A stretch of 16,007 nt of DNA from Nitrosopumilaceae archaeon (GTDB lineage: Archaea; Thermoproteota; Nitrososphaeria; Nitrososphaerales; Nitrosopumilaceae), in NCBI GenBank assembly GCA_052389415.1, contig JBQTHX010000063.1, forward strand, positions 1 to 16,007. The letters run 5' to 3'. Shown piece by piece: positions 1 to 8,575 of this stretch (position 1 is its first letter; each line of letters starts with the position of its first letter). A model generated the notes under the pieces. The model was not told the origin of the DNA and searched no databases. It saw only the letters and a program-made list of their open reading frames with translations. The position numbers were made by a program, and so were the translations under genes.

Positions 1-1278
1 GTCTTTAGAAATTGAAAAAAGATACGTAAATTCTTTACAATCTGAAGCTACTCTGTAATAGAAGCTTCTATCTGGTTCTTCCCAATCGTATTCCATCTTT
101 AGAGTCTTGGTTTGTTTTGGAAGTAATGGATTGCGAAGCTTGACATTGAATTCCTTGTGGGTCGGTTTGTTAGCATCAACTGTAAGTATCTCAAGATTGT
201 TTCCTCTTTCATCTCTTACAGTGACGTGCAAGTCTTGGAACTCTCTTTCTCTATCTCCATCGATGATATAGTGCACTTGCTCCTTTGGTTCTTTTGAAAT
301 GTTTTCCAACTTCCAAACCCATGTGTGATGAGTAAGCATAGTTGAGGGATCTGTAATATCAAGAACGATATCTATAGTTCTAAACGCAAAGTTGTAGGTA
401 GGTTTGACTAGTCTATCTTCAGTTAGTTTTTCAACTTTCTTGCTTCTTGGTGCAATCTTGTTTCCAAAACCTTCGCCATAAATATTGTAAAGCTGAAGTT
501 CTTCACCGTGCTTTATGTGATAGTCTCCAATTGGATGAATTATTTCCATATATTCCGGTGATAGTTTGCGTGTACTTTCCGCAATCGTTGCTGATGCAAA
601 AATATTCATGTCTCCAGCTAAATCCATAACACGCCTTGTTAGAATAATTCCAGGGCCCCAAACATTGTCCTTGTCGTTAAGATCTTTTACCACATACACT
701 GGGCCCATATCGATTCCTATTCTAATGAGTAGTTTCTCAATTCCGATTCTTTTTTCGTTATATCTATTAAGTAATTTATGAAGCTCAATTGAAAGCCTGA
801 TTGGTTTTTCTGGACTGTCGCTAAAACCAATTGCCATTCCATCACCAGTGGGAAGTATGAAAGTAGAGTTGGGATCTCTTTTTGCAAAGGTCTCTGTCCT
901 TGCAATTAACTCATTTAAAACTACGATTTTGCGCACTTGATCCTTTGTTGGTATCTTTGGATTAGAGCCTGCTACAATATCAGTAAAGAACCAATGAAAT
1001 GTCCTTGTCATGGTTTGGACGTCCTCAAAACCTTCAATGTCGTCCCCTCTCAAACTCTTCAGAAGATTAGAAATAAAATCATTGGGAAGTGCCTTTAACA
1101 TTTCAAAACTATTCATCGTGGCTTTCACTTGTGATTTCAGGCGATGTTTTTTTACTTCTTGCATTAGCCAGTCCTTACCTCTGTTTGTATCATTTAGTAT
1201 TGCAAGAATCTCAGAAATTTCTGTAATTCTTTGGATCATCTTGGAAACGTTATCAGATTTTTCTCTACTAGTTTCCAC
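1..1278 (-). CDS. Class III (adenylate/guanylate-type) nucleotide cyclase domain protein, 3' end outside window
   Basis: Translated by hand: open frame from GTG at 1278 to position 1 (426 codons, no stop), so it is missing from the ORF track. Motifs FFTDIVAGS, LPTGDGMAIGF, IRIGIDMGPV and DNVWGPGIILTRRVMD match the class III cyclase core. A beta-rich C-terminal region of unknown function follows. Confidence 0.88.
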   Translation of the reverse strand, partial: METSREKSDNVSKMIQRITEISEILAILNDTNRGKDWLMQEVKKHRLKSQVKATMNSFEMLKALPNDFISNLLKSLRGDDIEGFEDVQTMTRTFHWFFTDIVAGSNPKIPTKDQVRKIVVLNELIARTETFAKRDPNSTFILPTGDGMAIGFSDSPEKPIRLSIELHKLLNRYNEKRIGIEKLLIRIGIDMGPVYVVKDLNDKDNVWGPGIILTRRVMDLAGDMNIFASATIAESTRKLSPEYMEIIHPIGDYHIKHGEELQLYNIYGEGFGNKIAPRSKKVEKLTEDRLVKPTYNFAFRTIDIVLDITDPSTMLTHHTWVWKLENISKEPKEQVHYIIDGDREREFQDLHVTVRDERGNNLEILTVDANKPTHKEFNVKLRNPLLPKQTKTLKMEYDWEEPDRSFYYRVASDCKEFTYLFSISKD

Positions 1279-1298
1279 AATGGAACAAGTACCTCATA

Positions 1299-1308
1299 TT
1301 TAATAAAC
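1299..1308 (-). promoter_or_regulatory. Putative TATA box for the cyclase gene (probably leaderless)
   Basis: Minus strand reads TTTATTAAA about 21-29 nt upstream of the GTG start, a typical archaeal spacing. Confidence 0.5.
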
Positions 1309-1505
1309 AATGTTCTTCAAAGTACCGATCTTAATGTAATTCTTCTACTTATTTAATGACTTTTTTAGAAATACGCTAAAACATACAAAATCTATTTTCA
1401 TTTTATCTGAGATCGTAAATCAAAGGTATTGTCAGTTGCTAAATGAATCCATAAAAATTGTTTTTTCTAAAATGGAGATCTCTTTTATTGGGATATGGCA
1501 TCTTA

Positions 1506-2051
1506 TTACGTATCGACCCACATATCCTTGTGTGAAAATGAGTTTGTTTTTGGGTCGTAATGACTTACCATTCCATAACAACTTTTTCCACCAAGGTGTT
1601 CGTACACAAAATAAAGTAAAATGAAAATTTCGGTTGTATTATTTTTTGCCTTTTCAATCAAATTAGAATCAATGAAAAACCAATATCGTTTTTCCATGTT
1701 AGGCAAAAGCGGACCTAGACTAAACTTTTCAAGACTTTCTGGATTTTTTACAATGTCTCTTGACATCATTTCGGTATTCATCTTAAACATTGCTAAAACA
1801 TTAGAAGCTGGGATCTCACCGTAATTCTTTAGCTCGATTACAAACTGATGACGATTATCAGCTACCGACATTGGTTTAATGCTATTAGTTGGACCTATCC
1901 ATGGTCTGAATCTATAATTTGTTTGAATCCTTGCATTCTTACTTGATTCTTCCAAATACTTGATGGTTTTCCAGAATAATACGATCAAAAAAATTGTTCC
2001 AAATGTATTGAGTATCGTAAAAACCTGTTCTAGTTCGTTTAAATCTACCAT
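1506..2051 (-). CDS. Hypothetical membrane-anchored protein (181 aa)
   Basis: One N-terminal hydrophobic helix (VFTILNTFGTIFLIVLFW), then RFRPWIG and a beta-rich domain (FVIELKNYGEIPA). No family recognised. Confidence 0.75.
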   Translation of the reverse strand: MVDLNELEQVFTILNTFGTIFLIVLFWKTIKYLEESSKNARIQTNYRFRPWIGPTNSIKPMSVADNRHQFVIELKNYGEIPASNVLAMFKMNTEMMSRDIVKNPESLEKFSLGPLLPNMEKRYWFFIDSNLIEKAKNNTTEIFILLYFVYEHLGGKSCYGMVSHYDPKTNSFSHKDMWVDT

Positions 2052-2270
2052 TAAAATCTTCTAAAGTGCATATCTATTCAATTTTGCGGTTAGAGTATAC
2101 ATCGGGAATCTAACATTGTAGACTAGAGATTTTAACTAAAATTAGCGAAACTTTGAGAGACAAAATCAAACTCATGAGAGGAATGATGACAGCTATTCAT
2201 TTGACGCACATGTATACAAAAAGAAACAATTAGTCAAAATACAAAAATACCTAAGATTTACACCTAGGAT

Positions 2271-3698
2271 ATGTCAGGTATGGCAAGAAAATTGGAGATT
2301 CAAGGAATTTCTCCTTTCAAGCTCCCATCTGGCGTTTTTGAAGTGCAAATTGCATTATGTGAATCTCCGCCTTCTTCCCAAGAAGTCACGAAAAAAACTT
2401 TTCAATCAATATGGAAGGATAACTTTCATCTAAGAGTAAAAGATAAAAAATTTAACGTAGTTTTAGGCAGTGATAAAAATCCCATACCTGATTTTATTTT
2501 TGATCGAAACTCAATATGGGTAGTACTCACTGACCAATTCTCTTCTACTAATGCTATTTTTGAAAATGAAATCTCGACTCCACATGCAAAAAAGGTTGTC
2601 GAAATTCATGAACCTCCAGTACATAGAGAAACAATTGGGCATCCTTTGCAAGGAAGATCTGGTCCAATAGGACCACCTGGGCCTCCCGGTCCTAGAGGAC
2701 CTATGGGTCCAGCAGGTCCAGTGGGGGATAAAGGATACCAAGGTCCACCAGGCCCACAAGGAGAACCAGGTCCAATAGGTCCACAAGGTGATAAGGGTTT
2801 AACAGGTCCACAAGGAGAAAGAGGAGAACCAGGTCCGCGTGGTCCAGTTGGTGATAAAGGAGATAAAGGCGATAAAGGAGAACAAGGTCCGCGTGGTGAT
2901 AAAGGACTAACAGGTGACAAAGGTCCGGTAGGTGATAGAGGTGACAAAGGTCCAAACGGTCCTCCAGGAGAAAAAGGTGACAAAGGTGACAAAGGTGACA
3001 AAGGTGACAAAGGTCTTACAGGAGATGTCGGTATGCCAGGAGACAAAGGTCCGACAGGAATTCCTGGTCCGCAAGGTGATAAAGGAATTCAAGGACCAAT
3101 GGGTGACAAAGGTCCAAAAGGTCTTCAAGGTCCAATTGGTGACAAGGGTGAAAGAGGCCCACATGGTCCACAAGGAGAAAAGGGTTTAACAGGTCCACAA
3201 GGCCCACCAGGTGACAAGGGCCCACAGGGTCCACAGGGTCCAACTGGTGAAAAAGGTCTTACAGGAATTCCAGGTGCTCAAGGTGAAAGAGGTGGAAGGG
3301 GATTGCCAGGTCCACCAGGGGAGCAAGGACCAAGAGGCTTGCAAGGTCCGCCTGGTGACAAGGGTCCACAGGGTCCACAGGGTCCACAAGGTGAACGAGG
3401 ACTTCAGGGTCCACAGGGTCCACCAGGAGAGAGAGGCCCACAAGGAATCCAGGGAATGCAAGGAGAAAGAGGACAGCCAGGTGAACAAGGTCCAACCGGT
3501 GAGGCAGGACCTAGAGGTCAACAAGGTCCGCCAGGAGAAGCAGGCCCTAGAGGTCCACCAGGTCCGCCAGGTGACAAGGGAGTCATGGGATTTTCTGAAC
3601 AGGAAAAGTTATTGGTTACTCAACTTTTAGAAATATTGACTGCAAAAAATGTCATTACTACAGAACAGCAGATAAAATTACTAAGCTTCCTGTACTAG
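2271..3698 (+). CDS. Collagen triple-helix repeat protein (475 aa)
   Basis: About 127-aa N-terminal domain, Gly-X-Y from 2652 to 3596 (945 nt, 105 triplets), and a short amphipathic C-terminal helical segment. The start could be the ATG at 2280 instead. Confidence 0.93.
   Translation: MSGMARKLEIQGISPFKLPSGVFEVQIALCESPPSSQEVTKKTFQSIWKDNFHLRVKDKKFNVVLGSDKNPIPDFIFDRNSIWVVLTDQFSSTNAIFENEISTPHAKKVVEIHEPPVHRETIGHPLQGRSGPIGPPGPPGPRGPMGPAGPVGDKGYQGPPGPQGEPGPIGPQGDKGLTGPQGERGEPGPRGPVGDKGDKGDKGEQGPRGDKGLTGDKGPVGDRGDKGPNGPPGEKGDKGDKGDKGDKGLTGDVGMPGDKGPTGIPGPQGDKGIQGPMGDKGPKGLQGPIGDKGERGPHGPQGEKGLTGPQGPPGDKGPQGPQGPTGEKGLTGIPGAQGERGGRGLPGPPGEQGPRGLQGPPGDKGPQGPQGPQGERGLQGPQGPPGERGPQGIQGMQGERGQPGEQGPTGEAGPRGQQGPPGEAGPRGPPGPPGDKGVMGFSEQEKLLVTQLLEILTAKNVITTEQQIKLLSFLY
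2976..3011 (+). repeat. Perfect 9-nt tandem repeat (GGTGACAAA)x4 encoding GDK x4
   Basis: Read directly. Short GGTCCACAG tandems also occur further downstream in the same gene. Confidence 0.9.
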
Positions 3699-3735
3699 TC
3701 AGATACTTCAAATAAGTGCAAAAGGATTTCACACT

Positions 3736-4020
3736 ATGAGTCAACCAAGTGGAAAAATTGATTTTAAAATGCTAGATCATGAAAGGACAGGAAATGAGTT
3801 TGTATCATTCAAACTTGAAGATGGCACAATAGTCAAGGTCAAAGTTGATCTAGACAGAGCAGGCATTGCAACCAATTATAAAAATCCAGACGGGACACCA
3901 CATTATGCAATTAACACTTCGGTAAAGATTTCAGTGATCCCAAGCGATAGAAAGTTTACTGTAGAAAAAAATGTGGTGAAAGGAAAATCTTCTTCGCCTC
4001 CTGGGCAAATGTTTAGCTGA
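3736..4020 (+). CDS. Hypothetical protein (94 aa)
   Basis: ATG 37 nt after the collagen stop, normal composition, beta-rich pattern (FKLEDGTIVKVKV...NPDGTPHY). Function unknown. Confidence 0.75.
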   Translation: MSQPSGKIDFKMLDHERTGNEFVSFKLEDGTIVKVKVDLDRAGIATNYKNPDGTPHYAINTSVKISVIPSDRKFTVEKNVVKGKSSSPPGQMFS

Positions 4021-4091
4021 TATAAATAATGATAAAAATTTGAAAGTTACCGCATCAAAAAACGCGATAACATCATTTGCTTAGATCAGAA

Positions 4092-4199
4092 CTATCGTCG
4101 TCGCTTTGCAGCTTTACGCTTTGGAGCTGATCTTCGCTTTGCAGCTTTACGCTTTGGAGCTGATTTTCGTTTCGCTTTAGATCGCTTTTTTGTTGCCAT
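4092..4199 (-). CDS. Very small basic protein, protamine/histone H1-tail-like (35 aa)
   Basis: Translated by hand: MATKKRSKAKRKSAPKRKAAKRRSAPKRKAAKRRR*. ATG at 4199, TAG at 4094-4092. 20 of 35 residues are K/R and none are acidic. More GC-rich than its flanks. Confidence 0.8.
   Translation of the reverse strand: MATKKRSKAKRKSAPKRKAAKRRSAPKRKAAKRRR
4101..4163 (-). repeat. Direct repeat, two identical 30-nt copies with 33-nt period (SAPKRKAAKR)
   Basis: TCGCTTTGCAGCTTTACGCTTTGGAGCTGA occurs at 4101-4130 and 4134-4163, in frame with the small ORF. Confidence 0.92.
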
Positions 4200-4263
4200 T
4201 AAAAAACATAGAATTTACTTACTATTCTATAGTTAAACTAAAAAAAATTACACCAAGTACTAG

Positions 4264-4280
4264 ATTCTGTGTCACAGAAT
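4264..4280. promoter_or_regulatory. Perfect palindrome ATTCTGTG-T-CACAGAAT, possible operator
   Basis: 8-bp arms with a 1-nt spacer, 65 nt upstream of the small basic gene. Function is inferred. Confidence 0.4.
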
Positions 4281-4317
4281 TTTTTTAAAAAATCAAAAAA
4301 TGTGATCGCAATTTTGA

Positions 4318-4494
4318 TCAATAGACTGCTTCAGCTGACGGCCTTCTTCCTAACAACCAAGATTTTTTTCCACATTGTGTGCATTTGTATTGTCTTCTAC
4401 GTTTGTAGGTTGGAATTTCAGGCATGAAAATGATCTCTTGTCTTGTTTTTGACATGCAAACAGTACACCAACGATCTTCCAATTCTTTATCCAT
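4318..4494 (-). CDS. Small zinc-ribbon protein (58 aa)
   Basis: Translated by hand: MDKELEDRWCTVCMSKTRQEIIFMPEIPTYKRRRQYKCTQCGKKSWLLGRRPSAEAVY*. Two CxxC pairs. ATG lies 36 nt after the GTPase stop. More convincing than the overlapping 63-aa track ORF. Confidence 0.82.
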   Translation of the reverse strand: MDKELEDRWCTVCMSKTRQEIIFMPEIPTYKRRRQYKCTQCGKKSWLLGRRPSAEAVY

Positions 4495-4530
4495 GTTTTT
4501 ATGATCTGATCGAAACAGAAAAGCTTTTTC

Positions 4531-5637
4531 TCAAGTTCCACGAGCTTTGACTATTGTAAGAACATCTTCATCTTGCAATATGTGGTGCAGGCCAACTCTC
4601 TGGCCTCCAAACTTTACACTTTTTCCCCAGACTAGAGAATATCTGAAATCTTTTCTCATGTCTCTGTGAAGTTTATTGCAAATATCTAGGATTGTAGAGC
4701 CTTCTCTTGTTATCAACGGTTCGTCATAATCCGTTTCACCGCCTTTAGGTCTCATATAAATTCGGATAAAATCAAGTTTCTCATAAATCGCATCCTTGAG
4801 TGCATTTATGTTAATGTCAGCATCAGCAGAAATTGGAACAATTCTTGATTTTATATTAGATTGTAATTCGTTCAAAAACCCCTGATTTACTAGATCAATC
4901 TTATTCATTACAGTCAACGATTGAACATATGTCTTTGTACCAGAAATAAAATCAGTTAATTGTTCTGAATCGATATCTTCTCTTATCAAAACTCGACCAT
5001 TGTTGACACCATAAACTCGTAGTATGTCTTTTAGAAGGCTCTGTGACATTTTTGTTAGGGGAACTTGTTGGCTTACTGATATTCCACCATCAGCAGTTTT
5101 TTCGATTACGATATTGGGAGGTTTTTGATCCAACCTTATTCCAATGTTGCCAAGCTCAGTTCTGATAATTTCTTCATGATATGGTTGAAACACATCAAGA
5201 ATTATCAAAACCAAATCTGCACTTTTTGCTACAGCTAGAACTCTTTTGCCCAGTCCTTTTCCAGTGGACGCACCTTTGATTATTCCAGGTAAATCAAGGA
5301 CTTGAATTTTAGCTCCACGATGTTCCATCATTCCAGGTACTACTGTAGTTGTGGTAAATTGAAATGCGCCGACTGCAGATTTTGCGTCAGTAAGTTTGTT
5401 TAGCAGTGTAGATTTTCCTACACTTGGTAATCCAATGAAAACAACAGTTGCATCTCCAGTTCGTTTTACATCAAAACCAACAGAACTCCCAGAAGATCTA
5501 GATTTGACTTCTTCCTGTTCGCGTTTTAGCTTGGCAAGTTTTGCTTTTAGTAATCCAACATGGTGCTCTGTAGCCTTGTTTATCTGCGTCTTTGACATCT
5601 CATCTTTTATCGCCTGAATTTTTTCTGGAATTCCCAT
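4531..5637 (-). CDS. drg: DRG/Rbg1-family OBG GTPase with C-terminal TGS domain
   Basis: N-terminal TQINKATEHHVGLLKAKLAKLK, G1 GLPSVGKS, G2 FTT, G3 DLPG, G4 NKID, and TGS motif VWGKSVKFGGQRVGLHHILQDEDVLTIV. Confidence 0.95.
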   Translation of the reverse strand: MGIPEKIQAIKDEMSKTQINKATEHHVGLLKAKLAKLKREQEEVKSRSSGSSVGFDVKRTGDATVVFIGLPSVGKSTLLNKLTDAKSAVGAFQFTTTTVVPGMMEHRGAKIQVLDLPGIIKGASTGKGLGKRVLAVAKSADLVLIILDVFQPYHEEIIRTELGNIGIRLDQKPPNIVIEKTADGGISVSQQVPLTKMSQSLLKDILRVYGVNNGRVLIREDIDSEQLTDFISGTKTYVQSLTVMNKIDLVNQGFLNELQSNIKSRIVPISADADININALKDAIYEKLDFIRIYMRPKGGETDYDEPLITREGSTILDICNKLHRDMRKDFRYSLVWGKSVKFGGQRVGLHHILQDEDVLTIVKARGT

Positions 5638-5865
5638 TTAGTTCACTTTTTGGTTTACCTTACTAAATAAAACTCTATTTTGTTTTTTTATGTACTGAAT
5701 TCTAGTAATAGGAATCGTCTCAAAATTTTCGGATTCTCTTATGAACTCTGGTAATGTCATTTCCTTGATGATGTCATAATCTAGATATCCTATTGTGTAT
5801 GAGTTGGGATTGTCAGCATACAATGCTTTGCTGAAGATCTCAGCTAGTCTTCCTTTCCGAGGCAT
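5638..5865 (-). CDS. MJ1316/DUF504-like small protein (putative RNA-end recognition domain)
   Basis: Pattern YTIGYLD...IPITRIQYIK...VLFSK resembles the family's IGY.D...IP.HRI signature. Start is ATG 5865 or TTG 5868. The stop codon directly abuts the GTPase ATG. Confidence 0.65.
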   Translation of the reverse strand: MPRKGRLAEIFSKALYADNPNSYTIGYLDYDIIKEMTLPEFIRESENFETIPITRIQYIKKQNRVLFSKVNQKVN

Positions 5866-5868
5866 CAA

Positions 5869-5944
5869 TCTAATTTGATCAAAATGTTATTTTAATTATT
5901 TTTATTGAGTAGCAGTTATTATACTCTACAGGATACATGATTTA
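5869..5944. promoter_or_regulatory. Divergent promoter region
   Basis: Very AT-rich 76-nt gap. TTATTATA at 5916-5923 precedes the + strand start, and an AATTAAAATA-like element lies on the minus strand near 5888-5897. Confidence 0.5.
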
Positions 5945-6640
5945 TTGAAAGAAAAAATTTTTGCAGTCGATATAGATGGTACTATAACAGAAAATGGTCT
6001 TGGAAAAATAAATCTTGATGCCTTGGAAGGGTTGCGACATATGATTGATCTTGGTCACAAAGTCATCCTAGTTTCAGGCCGTTCTTCTGTAGAAGGATAT
6101 GTTCTTTCTGTTTTTGGCGGCTTGACTCGAATAGCAGTTGGAGAAAATGGAGGATCTATAACTCTTGGCCCATCGGAACATAGACTTTTGGGTAACAAGG
6201 ACGAATGTGTGAAAGCATTTGAATCACTAAAATCAAAAATACCACAGATCATAGAGAAACCTGTATTTCCAAGAATGACAGAAGTTGTATTGGAAAGGAA
6301 TTTTGATGTAGAGATTGCAAAAAAAATCATAAAAGAGAACGGTATGTCAGTTGAGCTTTCTGATAGTCAGTATGCAGTTCATATTAATTCAAAAGGGATA
6401 AACAAAGGAAGAGGATTTTCTGAAGTCTTGACAATGCTTTCAACACCTCCGACTGATGTCATTGCTATTGGAGACAGTGAGACTGATGTTCCTTTGTTTA
6501 AGATGGCAGGACAAAGTATAGCTCTTGGAAACGCGACGGAGGATGTAAAATCTCAAGCATCGATGACTGTCTCAGGAAAAGCTGGTGATGGAGTAATAGA
6601 AGCGCTTGAATACATTGCAGTCAAGCTTGCAAAGGTGTGA
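5945..6640 (+). CDS. Phosphoglycolate phosphatase, TA0175-type (HAD subfamily IIB)
   Basis: Motif I DIDGTIT, motif II SGR, GENGG, INKGRG, motif IV IGDSETD, and ALGNA. TTG start. Confidence 0.88.
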   Translation: MKEKIFAVDIDGTITENGLGKINLDALEGLRHMIDLGHKVILVSGRSSVEGYVLSVFGGLTRIAVGENGGSITLGPSEHRLLGNKDECVKAFESLKSKIPQIIEKPVFPRMTEVVLERNFDVEIAKKIIKENGMSVELSDSQYAVHINSKGINKGRGFSEVLTMLSTPPTDVIAIGDSETDVPLFKMAGQSIALGNATEDVKSQASMTVSGKAGDGVIEALEYIAVKLAKV

Positions 6641-6643
6641 CAA

Positions 6644-8530
6644 ATGACTTTACGACTATTGCTTGAGGAAATTAGATCAAACATCCAAAAAATTTGTTAT
6701 AACTTAAATTTTCCTGAAACAAAGTTTGAAGTCTCGGAATCAACGAGATCTGAATTTGGCGATGTAAGCTGTAACATTGCATTTTTACTTTCGAAATCAC
6801 TGAAGAAACGACCTTTTGATATAGCAAAAATTATTTCTGAAGAGTATCAAAAAACGCTACGCAAGTTTGTTAAACAAGCATTTCCACATGAATCAGGATA
6901 TCTGAATTTTTTTGCTGATCATAATGAATTAACCCATGTAACAATTTCTGCTTCCTTTGAAAAAAATTATGGATCTATAGATCTTGGGAAAAATTCCAAA
7001 GTTGTAGTTGAACATACTTCCGTAAATCCTAACAAGGCATTACATGTAGGACACGTAAGAAACATCATTATTGGTGATACTGTAGCAATGATTTTAAAAA
7101 AAGCACAGTATGATGTACGCATCCTAAACTATGTAGACGATTCTGGGTTGCAAGTTGCAGATATTATTGTTGGATTCAAGTATGGTGGGTTTCAGATTGA
7201 ACCACCAACAGTTCAAAAATTTGATCATTACTGTGGAGATATTGTATATGTCAAGACCACAGAAAAATATGAAACCGATTCAAAACTTCTTTCATATAGA
7301 ACCGAAGTTCTCAAGCAATTAGAAGAAGGAAATTCAGAAACTGCAAAATTTGCAAATGAAATTACACGGCGCGTTCTAGCTGAACAGCTTAAGACATGTT
7401 GGCGCCTTGGTGCTACATATGATTGTCTTAACTTTGAATCCCAAATCATTCAATCTGATCTATGGAAGATAGTATTTGAGAAGATGAAAGCAATGCAGCT
7501 TATAGATCTAGAAAAAGAGGGCAAAAACAGTGGATGCTGGACAATAAAAACTGAGAACAACGAAGAGGACAAGATACTTGTTAGAAGTAATGGAATTGCA
7601 ACTTACATTGCAAAAGACATTCCTTATGCAGCATGGAAGCTTGGAATTTTAGAAGATCCATTTTATTACAAAGAATATGCAACGCAGGTTGGAAATAAAA
7701 TACTGTGGGAAACAGTATTAGAAAAAAACTCTAATGCTAAACTTGACTTTACTGGTGATAAAGTGATAACTGTGATTGATTCGCGTCAATCTCGGTTGCA
7801 AAAAATTATCACAAATTTGATGTCAAGTTTTAAATCACAAGAAGGTGCATATGTGCATCTTGGATATGAATCGGTAACACTGAGTACTGAAACTGCAAAG
7901 ACGCTAAAAGTAGACATAGGTGGAAAACAGATTCAGATGTCTGGTCGGAAAGGAATCTATGTTAACGCCGATGATGTGCTTGATGTTTTAGGTGCAAAGA
8001 CATTCGAAGAGGCAAAGAAAAGAAATCCTGATCTAGAAAATAAAAAACTATTGGAGATAGCAGAGCAAGTCGCCGTTGGAGCATTTCGATATGCAATGAT
8101 AAAACAAGATCTAGATAAAATCATCACGTTTGACATGACAGAGTCGCTTAGCCTAGAAGGTGATACAGGACCTTACATACAATATGCTCATGCAAGAGCT
8201 GCAAGAATTTTAGAAAAAGCGGAATTGAAGCCAAAGATTGATACTTCATTAGCACAATTGACAAGTGAATACGAGATTGGTCTTATCAAAACAATAGGAA
8301 AATTTGATATCCAGATTCAAGACGCTGCAAAAAATCTCTCACCAAAAATAATTGCACGGTATTGTTATGATCTTTCTGTTTCATTTAATGGATTCTATGA
8401 GCATGTCAAAGTCCTCACAGCTGAAAACAAGGATTTGATTAATGCTAGACTTTGTCTAGTATACAGCTTCAAAGAAACACTTGCATGTGCACTAGATATC
8501 ATTGGAATCGCTTCTCCAGAAAGAATGTAA
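6644..8530 (+). CDS. argS: Arginine--tRNA ligase
   Basis: EHTSVNPNKALHVGHVRN (HIGH motif), MSGRKG (KMSKS-like), EGDTGPYIQYAHARA, C-terminal PERM. Confidence 0.97.
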   Translation: MTLRLLLEEIRSNIQKICYNLNFPETKFEVSESTRSEFGDVSCNIAFLLSKSLKKRPFDIAKIISEEYQKTLRKFVKQAFPHESGYLNFFADHNELTHVTISASFEKNYGSIDLGKNSKVVVEHTSVNPNKALHVGHVRNIIIGDTVAMILKKAQYDVRILNYVDDSGLQVADIIVGFKYGGFQIEPPTVQKFDHYCGDIVYVKTTEKYETDSKLLSYRTEVLKQLEEGNSETAKFANEITRRVLAEQLKTCWRLGATYDCLNFESQIIQSDLWKIVFEKMKAMQLIDLEKEGKNSGCWTIKTENNEEDKILVRSNGIATYIAKDIPYAAWKLGILEDPFYYKEYATQVGNKILWETVLEKNSNAKLDFTGDKVITVIDSRQSRLQKIITNLMSSFKSQEGAYVHLGYESVTLSTETAKTLKVDIGGKQIQMSGRKGIYVNADDVLDVLGAKTFEEAKKRNPDLENKKLLEIAEQVAVGAFRYAMIKQDLDKIITFDMTESLSLEGDTGPYIQYAHARAARILEKAELKPKIDTSLAQLTSEYEIGLIKTIGKFDIQIQDAAKNLSPKIIARYCYDLSVSFNGFYEHVKVLTAENKDLINARLCLVYSFKETLACALDIIGIASPERM

Positions 8531-8575
8531 CGCAAAGAGGTAAATTCTTATCCGCATCTGATTAGCACTTTTTTA

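Noticed and set aside
447-1303. Short track ORFs at 447, 566, 717 and 1010
   Set aside because: They lie antisense or out of frame within the long cyclase gene.
1-2051. Pycsar-like anti-phage pair (cyclase plus TM protein)
   Set aside because: The neighbour has one TM helix and no recognisable PycTM or TIR features, and the genes are 227 nt apart with a separate promoter. Not supported by what is visible.
2880-2950. RGD tripeptides in the collagen
   Set aside because: Expected by chance from GPR/GDR followed by GDK, so they are not evidence of integrin binding.
2511-3630. Many overlapping alternative-frame and antisense ORFs
   Set aside because: Shadows of the 9-nt periodic collagen coding sequence, which is depleted of stop codons in other frames.
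4101-4163. 30-nt direct repeat as a mini-CRISPR
   Set aside because: The spacer is only 3 nt, no cas genes are present, and the repeat is explained by an in-frame peptide duplication.
4350-4541. 63-aa ORF from the track
   Set aside because: It overlaps the GTPase end and has no motif. The other frame (4318-4494) gives a clean ATG-started zinc ribbon.
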